In this document: positions 57,678 through 64,000 of the stretch, in pieces
Position numbering within the stretch: position 1 is the first letter of the stretch
Layout of the letters: each line of letters begins with the position of its first letter
Assembly (NCBI GenBank): GCA_963662545.2
Contig: CAXXLL010000002.1
Coordinates: forward strand, 288,001 to 352,000
Direction of reading: 5' to 3'
Origin: Gammaproteobacteria bacterium
GTDB taxonomy: Bacteria; Pseudomonadota; Gammaproteobacteria; Ga0077536
Length of the DNA stretch: 64,000 bases
The notes under the pieces: model-generated
The model's input: the letters and a program-made list of their open reading frames with translations, nothing else
What the model was told of the DNA's origin: nothing
Databases searched by the model: none
Program-made: the position numbers and the translations under genes

Positions 57678-58166
57678 ATGAGATTGAGTCTCGTGGTCGC
57701 CATGGATCGCAACCGATTGATTGGCCGTGGCGGAGGTTTGCCCTGGCGTCTTCCGGCCGATCTCAAGCGCTTCAAGTCCATCACCATGGGTAAACCCATC
57801 ATCATGGGGCGCAGGACCCATGAATCGATCGGGCGTGCGCTGCCCGGCCGGCGCAATATCGTACTTACCCGTAACGATAAATTCGCTGCCGAAGGTTGTG
57901 AAGTATTTCATTCGCTGCCGGAGGTCCTAGCCGCGCTGCATGATGTACCCGAAGTCATGGTCGTGGGCGGCGCCGCGCTATATGTTGAAGCGCTGCCCTT
58001 GTGTGCGCGACTCTATCTGACCGAAGTGGACACCGATACGACGGGTGATGTCTACTTTCCCGAATTTCAGTGCAGCGCCTGGCACGAAGTTTCCTCGGAA
58101 CAGCATGTGGCAGACGCCGAGCATGCCTACGATTATTGTTTTAGGGTCTTGGATCGGATCAGCTGA
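57678..58166 (+). CDS. folA: Dihydrofolate reductase
   Basis: LPWRLPADL, IMGRRT, LPGRRNIV, VGGA, GDVYFP. Confidence 0.97.
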   Translation: MRLSLVVAMDRNRLIGRGGGLPWRLPADLKRFKSITMGKPIIMGRRTHESIGRALPGRRNIVLTRNDKFAAEGCEVFHSLPEVLAALHDVPEVMVVGGAALYVEALPLCARLYLTEVDTDTTGDVYFPEFQCSAWHEVSSEQHVADAEHAYDYCFRVLDRIS

Positions 58167-58995
58167 ACGGGTTTGCCTGTGACGATTCGATCTGAAAACG
58201 CCGTCCGTCCTCCAGCCGCATAGCCGATAGCTGACCGCCCCACACAGCGCCTGTATCGAGAGGGTAGACCTTGTAGCGCACGCACTCTGCGGCGCTCATG
58301 CGCAAGGTCGACCAGTGACCGAAGATAATTTCCGCGGAACGGCTTGCACGTTCGGGCAATTTGAACCAAGGCGCGAGATGGCGTGCGTTCTGGGGTGCGC
58401 CTTTTTCATCGAGGCGCAAGCGGCCATCGGCATCGCAAAACCGTAATCGCGTAAAGCAGTTCGTAATGAAACGCAGACGTTCGAATCCGTTCAGGGCAGG
58501 ATCCCAGCGCTCCGGCGTATTGCCGTACATCACTTCCAGAAAAGCGGCGAATTCATCGCTGCGGAGCATGCGTGTCACTTCGCCCGCGTGATCGACGGCA
58601 TCGCTCACGGTCCAGGCGGGCGGTAGGCCCGCGTGAATCATAGTGAATCCAAGTTCGGGATCCCGGTGAATCAGCGGTTGTCGCCGGAGCCAGTCGAGCA
58701 GCTCCTCGCGATCGGGAGCTGAGAGGATCTTATCCAGCGTGTCTTTCCGGCGCGGCCGCATGCCTTTGACATAAGCGCATGCGAGCAGGTGCAGGTCGTG
58801 ATTACCCAGTACGGTCACGGCCCGATCGCCCAGCGCGATGACTTTCCGCAGAACGGCAAGCGATTCCGGGCCGCGATTGACCAGGTCGCCCGTCAGCCAG
58901 AGCCGGTCATGCCGGGAGTCGAAACCCGCGGCTTCCAGAAGCCTCATGAATTCGCGGTAGCAGCCTTGGATGTCGCCGACGGCGTAGGTTGCCAA
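58159..58995 (-). CDS. apaH: Symmetrical diadenosine tetraphosphatase
   Basis: GDIQGC, GDLVNRGP, LGNHDLH, HAG, FGHWS, LDTGAVWGG. Confidence 0.95.
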   Translation of the reverse strand: MATYAVGDIQGCYREFMRLLEAAGFDSRHDRLWLTGDLVNRGPESLAVLRKVIALGDRAVTVLGNHDLHLLACAYVKGMRPRRKDTLDKILSAPDREELLDWLRRQPLIHRDPELGFTMIHAGLPPAWTVSDAVDHAGEVTRMLRSDEFAAFLEVMYGNTPERWDPALNGFERLRFITNCFTRLRFCDADGRLRLDEKGAPQNARHLAPWFKLPERASRSAEIIFGHWSTLRMSAAECVRYKVYPLDTGAVWGGQLSAMRLEDGRRFQIESSQANPFS

Positions 58996-59032
58996 TGGAC
59001 CTGAGAATCTCCCGGAATCAGCGGCCAGTTAG

Positions 59033-59194
59033 GGAACCTCTGAATAAGTCATAGTGCTTCTGAATTGTTCATGAAATTGCGTAGATCAAGGCACGAAGCG
59101 CAGGCCATAGCGGGGACTATTGGCAAGGTTCGTAACGCCGAGGTGCGCGATTTCAGGGGCAAGGCAGATGTGCCATGACTTATTCAGAGGTTCC
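59033..59194 (-). mobile_element. MITE family A, copy 5 (162 bp)
   Basis: TTAG on both sides; abuts the apaG TAA. Confidence 0.9.
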
Positions 59195-59575
59195 TTAGTG
59201 TAGCAAGTTCGGCGCGGAGAGTTTAAAGGCGGGAATTTCGGCATCGAAACGTACACCGTCGTCGGCCATCATTTCGTATGATCCGGTCATCGTGCCGACA
59301 GGCGTTTCGATCATCGCAGCACTGGTGTAGCGGAAAGTTCCACCAGGTTGGAGTATGGGCTGCTCGCCGACCACCCCTTCGCCTTTGACTTCCTGCACCT
59401 GGCCCGCAGCGTCGGTAATGATCCAGTGGCGATTTAACAACTGCGCGGTGATTGAACCCGAATTTTCGATCGTGATCGTGTAGGCGAATACGTACCGATC
59501 GGTTTCGGGATCGGATTGTTCTTCGACGTATACCGTGTCGACAGTCACGCGGATATTGTATTTTTCGTCATTCAT
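59195..59575 (-). CDS. apaG: ApaG protein
   Basis: YVFAYTITI, RHWIITD, GEGVVGEQP, GTMTGSY. Confidence 0.96.
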   Translation of the reverse strand: MNDEKYNIRVTVDTVYVEEQSDPETDRYVFAYTITIENSGSITAQLLNRHWIITDAAGQVQEVKGEGVVGEQPILQPGGTFRYTSAAMIETPVGTMTGSYEMMADDGVRFDAEIPAFKLSAPNLLH

Positions 59576-59623
59576 TTACGTGCCCGGTCTGTCGTAGCTC
59601 AAGCTTCCCATTTACGTCTGCGG

Positions 59624-61138
59624 TCAAATTTTACGCCGGTTTCGATCCAAACTGCGAAAGTTGACGGCCTCGGCGATATCTCTCTCCTCGATCGAATCCC
59701 GCTCTTCCATGTCGGCGATGGTCTTCGCCACCTTGAGAACTTTGTGGTACCCGCGTGCGCTTAATGCAAGCTGCTCTGTCGCGGTTTCGAGTAGTTTCAC
59801 CGCTGCTCGAGACGCATGGCAGCTTGCGGCCACGACGCCCACATTGAGTAAGCTGTTAAGCACACCTTGTCGCTGCAGTTGCCGTCGCCGCGCGCGGAGA
59901 ACGCGTTCGCGTACGACGGCACTCGTTTCCTCGCTGGTGTGTCGGCCGCGGAGCAGCTCGTGCGTCTGGCGCGCGACTTCCAGGTGGATGTCGATGCGTT
60001 CCGTCAGCGGTCCGGAAATCCGTGCGGTGTAATTCGCAATACGGTCGGGACTGCAGCGGCATTCGAGCACGGGATCGCCATCGTAGCCACACGGGCACGG
60101 GTTCATCGCCGCGATCAATTGAAATCGTGCGGGGAAGGATACCGTCCGCATCGAACGGGATATCGTGACACGGCCGGACTCGAGCGGTTCACGTAGCGCC
60201 TCGAGGGCGCGGCGGTCGAATTCCGGCAGTTCGTCCAGGAATAGCACACCGTTGTGCGCAAGCGATATTTCTCCTGGCCGCGGCGTGCGCCCACCGCCCA
60301 CCAACGCGGCCGCCGAGGACGAATGATGCGGCGATCGAAACGGCCGCGATCGCCAGCCGGCATGCGTCACCGGAAGCGAGCAGATCGAGCGGATAGCGGC
60401 GGTCTCCAGCGCATCGCTTTCGGACATGTCCGGCAGCAATCCCGAAAGCCGTGCGGCGAGCATACTTTTACCCGTGCCCGGCGGGCCGATCATCAGCAAA
60501 TTGTGACCGCCGCAGGCCGCGATCTCCAAAGCGCGTTTGGCGCGATACTGGCCGACGACATCAGCGAGATCCGGCAGTGGCTCTGCCGGTTGATCGAACT
60601 TTGGCGGCTCGATCTCAGGGAGTATTTCCAATTCAAGCAGATGGCGGCAGACATTGCCGAGTGAATCCGCCTCGAAAATGCGCATGCGGTCGATGAGCGC
60701 CGCATCGACCCCGTCCGTATGGCACACGATGAGATCGCGACCCGCCTCGCGCGCGGCAATGGCGGCGGCGAGTGCCGCCCCGACCGGCCGCAAGCTTCCG
60801 TCCAGCGCCAGTTCGCCAAGAAACTCGACGTTCAACATCGAATCGGGTGGAAGCTGGCCCGAAGCAGCCAGAACGCCGAGCGCAATGGCGAGATCAAATC
60901 GAGTTCCTTCTTTGGGGACGTCGCCGGGCGCGAGATTGACGGTGATGCGGCGGCGCGGAAACTCGAAACCGGAAGTGATCAACGCCGAGCGAACGCGTTC
61001 CCGGCTCTCGCGTACGGCCGTTTCCGGCAAGCCCACGATCGTGAACGAAGGCAACCCACCGGACAGATGCGTTTCCACGCTGACCGCCAACGCGGCCGTC
61101 CCATCCTGACAGCGGCTATGGGTGAGAGCGAATGACAT
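59624..61138 (-). CDS. comM: YifB/ComM Mg-chelatase-like AAA+ ATPase
   Basis: VGLPETAVRESRERV, GPPGTGKSML, PGEISLAHNGVLFLDE, AMNPCPCG. Confidence 0.92.
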   Translation of the reverse strand: MSFALTHSRCQDGTAALAVSVETHLSGGLPSFTIVGLPETAVRESRERVRSALITSGFEFPRRRITVNLAPGDVPKEGTRFDLAIALGVLAASGQLPPDSMLNVEFLGELALDGSLRPVGAALAAAIAAREAGRDLIVCHTDGVDAALIDRMRIFEADSLGNVCRHLLELEILPEIEPPKFDQPAEPLPDLADVVGQYRAKRALEIAACGGHNLLMIGPPGTGKSMLAARLSGLLPDMSESDALETAAIRSICSLPVTHAGWRSRPFRSPHHSSSAAALVGGGRTPRPGEISLAHNGVLFLDELPEFDRRALEALREPLESGRVTISRSMRTVSFPARFQLIAAMNPCPCGYDGDPVLECRCSPDRIANYTARISGPLTERIDIHLEVARQTHELLRGRHTSEETSAVVRERVLRARRRQLQRQGVLNSLLNVGVVAASCHASRAAVKLLETATEQLALSARGYHKVLKVAKTIADMEERDSIEERDIAEAVNFRSLDRNRRKI

Positions 61139-61283
61139 GCCTTCCTAGCATCGGTGTTTGAAGCTCGCGGTCGCATCCTGCGGCCGCGTTCGGCGAGAGC
61201 CGAAGGCAGTGAGTCTAACAGGCTGATGAAAAATGTCTCGCCGGCGCTGGAAGACTGTTGGGCTTGCGGTGCCCTAAGGGCTC

Positions 61284-61544
61284 CTAGTCCGCGGTCTTCT
61301 CCATGTCCGCGAGGCGCGCTTCGAGGGTTTCCAGCTTTTCACGTGTGCGTCGCAGCATCGCCGCTTGTGCATCGAACTCCTCACGGGTGACGAGATCCAT
61401 CCGCGCCAGCGTTGTTTCCAGGAGGACCCGGACATTTGTCCTGAATTCGTCCCGCAGGACGCGGGCATCGGCCGGCAGCAGCCCACTGATCTTCTCGGCA
61501 ATCGTTTCAAAGGTCCGTAGATCAAGCACGATTTTATTCCTCAC
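61284..61544 (-). CDS. ubiK: Ubiquinone biosynthesis accessory factor UbiK (YqiC/BMFP)
   Basis: MDLVTREEFDAQ...LRRTREKLETLEARL; conserved position between comM and glnK. Confidence 0.88.
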   Translation of the reverse strand: MRNKIVLDLRTFETIAEKISGLLPADARVLRDEFRTNVRVLLETTLARMDLVTREEFDAQAAMLRRTREKLETLEARLADMEKTAD

Positions 61545-61613
61545 CAGCCCCGGGATTTCGCCGGGTTTGAGCGCAGCTTAATCGGCCGGCGGCGCGCTCG
61601 CCAGCCGCCAAAT

Positions 61614-61661
61614 TGCACGGCACGGGTGCGTTTGCGGGTGGTGTCGCTTCATTTTGGTGCA
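61614..61661. promoter_or_regulatory. Tandem NtrC-binding sites
   Basis: TGCAC-N7-GTGCG (61614-61630) and CGCTTCA-TTT-TGGTGCA (61645-61661), 31 bp apart. Confidence 0.75.
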
Positions 61662-61747
61662 GGAACATTGCGCAGTGCGGAAATAAAGGTAATCTAATTT
61701 ATTAGATAATACTTGTAACTTAATGTAATTCAAGTATTATTTAAGTC

Positions 61748-61763
61748 TGGCACGCAAGATGCA
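61748..61763 (+). promoter_or_regulatory. Sigma-54 promoter
   Basis: TGGCAC-GCAAG-ATGCA with GG-N10-GC spacing, after an AT-rich spacer. Confidence 0.85.
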
Positions 61764-61841
61764 ATGTGTTGGACAAACCTACCCGCAGGGATCCACGGAT
61801 GGCACTGGTCGGGCAACTGACGTTGGTTAGGAGGAAATACA

Positions 61842-62594
61842 GTGAAAAACTTACTTTCAGTCATGATTCTAGCGGCGGCATTATCGATGCCGCTGGCAGT
61901 GGCGGCGAACGATGCCGCCGGCGATTCTCCGCATCAATTCAGCGCCAACGTCTTGATGGCGACGGAATACCTGTATCGCGGACTCACGCAGTCGAACGAG
62001 GACCCGGCGATACAGGGCGGCTTCGATTATTCCCACGAGACCCTGGGCGTTTACGTGGGATTTTGGGCATCGAGCATCGAGTTCAATGCGGGAACCACGA
62101 ATACGGCCTCGATCGAGACTAACTTCTACGGCGGCATCGCCGGTGAGTTCGGCAACGGTGTGAGCTGGGATATCGGTGGTTTGTATTACTACTATCCGGA
62201 CAGTAACGAAGACACGGTCGGCGATTATAATTTCGTCGAGGTCTACGGCAACCTCGGTTACACCGTCGAGGCGTCTTGGGATCCGACGATCGATTTCGGG
62301 ATCGCCTATACCCCCGACTTCTTCGGCGAAGACGACGACGGCATCTACCTGCACGGCGGCCTCAGTTTTACCTTGCCGCACAACTTTGGCATCTATTCGA
62401 ATATCGGCTACCAGGACGTCAACGGCGGCAAAACCTCCGGTCCTGCCGGTTTCAATTATGTCCACTACGCCGTGGGGCTGACTTACGATTTCGGCATTTT
62501 GACGTTCGATGGATCGTGGAACGATGCGGATGACGATTGCGGCCCCGGCGATGCCTGTGAGGCCTTCGTACTCACGGTCTCCAGCAGCTGGTAG
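61842..62594 (+). CDS. TorF-family putative porin (TIGR02001 / Gcw_chp)
   Basis: AGGAGG RBS; signal peptide; TEYLYRGLTQS, PAIQGGFDY, YVGFWAS; C-terminal Trp. Confidence 0.88.
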   Translation: MKNLLSVMILAAALSMPLAVAANDAAGDSPHQFSANVLMATEYLYRGLTQSNEDPAIQGGFDYSHETLGVYVGFWASSIEFNAGTTNTASIETNFYGGIAGEFGNGVSWDIGGLYYYYPDSNEDTVGDYNFVEVYGNLGYTVEASWDPTIDFGIAYTPDFFGEDDDGIYLHGGLSFTLPHNFGIYSNIGYQDVNGGKTSGPAGFNYVHYAVGLTYDFGILTFDGSWNDADDDCGPGDACEAFVLTVSSSW

Positions 62595-62624
62595 TCATAA
62601 AGTAATGAATATCCTATGAGCGGA

Positions 62625-62649
62625 CCCCGGCCGCATTGCACGGCCGGGG
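62625..62649. other. GC-rich intergenic hairpin between the porin gene and glnK
   Basis: CCCCGGCCG-CATTGCA-CGGCCGGGG with no U-tract. Confidence 0.5.
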
Positions 62650-62677
62650 CCGCGAACGGACCCGCCACCCACAATAA

Positions 62678-63028
<351 letters not shown>

Positions 63029-63079
63029 GAAAGGGTTGCGTCGTTGGTACCGCCCCCGAAACCCACGAGGATATAACCG

Positions 63080-64000
63080 ATGAAACGATTAAGCTTGGGG
63101 AAGGTCGTCATTGCCGTTCTTCTGCTTCTCGCAGCGGCCATGCCGAATATTGTAATTGCGCAAGAGACGCCGATGCTGGATTCCGGCGACACCGCCTGGA
63201 TGCTCACCTCGACGGCGCTGGTGTTGTTTATGACGATACCAGGACTTTCACTCTTCTACGCGGGCATGGTCCGATCCAAGAATGTGTTGTCGGTGATGAC
63301 CCAATGCTTTGCGATCACCTGCCTCGTGACAGTTCTGTGGACACTGTACCTGTACAGCCTTGCCTTCGGTGAAGATGTTAACGGAATCATTGGCGACCTT
63401 AGCAAGGTTTTTATGAGAGGGATCGGCCCTGAGACGCTCAGCGGCACTATTCCCGAGTCAGTGTTCTCCATGTTTCAACTGACTTTTGCGATCATTACTC
63501 CGGCCCTGATCGTCGGTGCGTTCGCCGAGCGCATGAAATTCTCCGCCTTACTGTGGTTCATGGCCCTTTGGGTTACTTTGGTTTACGCGCCGGTCGCGCA
63601 CTGGGTTTGGGGCGGCGGTTGGCTCGGTGACTACGGCGTCCTGGATTTCGCGGGCGGCACGGTGGTGCACATCAACGCCGGTATCGCCGGTCTGGTGGCG
63701 GCGTTGGTCTTGAGAAAACGGACCGGTTACCCCGGGACGCCAATGAAGCCGAATAATCTGGTACTGACGGTGGTCGGCGCCGCGATGTTATGGGTCGGTT
63801 GGTTCGGTTTCAATGCTGGCAGTGAACTGGCTGCTGATGGAACTGCTGGCATGGCCATGGCCGTAACGCAGATCGCCGCGGCGACCGCAGCGCTCACCTG
63901 GATGTTTTCAGAATGGCTTAGCCACGGTAAGCCAAGCGCTTTGGGAATGGTTTCAGGCGCCGTCGCGGGGCTGGTGGCCATTACGCCAGCGTCTGGTTTC
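63080..64000 (+). CDS. amtB: Ammonium transporter, 3' truncated by window edge (absent from the ORF track)
   Basis: Hand translation: DSGDTAWML, PGLSLFYAG, FQLTFAIITPAL, DFAGGTVVHINAG, WFGFNAGS. Confidence 0.96.
   Translation, partial: MKRLSLGKVVIAVLLLLAAAMPNIVIAQETPMLDSGDTAWMLTSTALVLFMTIPGLSLFYAGMVRSKNVLSVMTQCFAITCLVTVLWTLYLYSLAFGEDVNGIIGDLSKVFMRGIGPETLSGTIPESVFSMFQLTFAIITPALIVGAFAERMKFSALLWFMALWVTLVYAPVAHWVWGGGWLGDYGVLDFAGGTVVHINAGIAGLVAALVLRKRTGYPGTPMKPNNLVLTVVGAAMLWVGWFGFNAGSELAADGTAGMAMAVTQIAAATAALTWMFSEWLSHGKPSALGMVSGAVAGLVAITPASGF

Noticed and set aside
29134-59194. Family A repeats as a CRISPR array or attC cassette sites
   Set aside because: Copies are dispersed, about 162 bp, bounded by TIRs, and flank housekeeping genes; there are no spacers, cas genes or integrase.
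61215-61233. CTAACAGGCTGATGAAAAA resembling a lone IS terminal repeat
   Set aside because: Short, with no partner end or transposase; cannot be told from chance.

Overview
GC-rich (roughly 60% by eye) chromosomal window from a Gammaproteobacterium, judged by rplM-rpsI-coq7-degQ, ssb/uvrA, lgt-thyA-folA, apaGH and ubiK/comM-glnK-amtB. Positions 1-9.7 kb hold oxygenases (P450, hmgA, flavin monooxygenases) and a TRAP transporter. Positions 9.7-20.4 kb hold a mirror-image nonulosonic (sialic) acid locus with two divergent arms, each led by a TIGR04396-like protein and each with its own synthase and CMP-transferase. The rest is mostly housekeeping genes with one tRNA-Gln(CTG). Main hidden structure: (i) five copies of a ~162-bp hairpin MITE, four placed exactly after stop codons in the same orientation, plus a second 160-bp hairpin MITE; (ii) an exported di-heme protein, catalase-related lipoprotein and lipase trio; (iii) a YyaL/DUF255 gene collapsed by a large internal deletion and missed by the ORF track; (iv) a frameshifted PEP-synthase/RPH-like phosphotransferase; (v) a 27-bp hairpin antisense to the tRNA 3' end; (vi) CRP-like, NtrC and sigma-54 sites. 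No CRISPR array, transposase, integrase or rRNA was seen. All family calls come from motif recognition by eye, not database searches.
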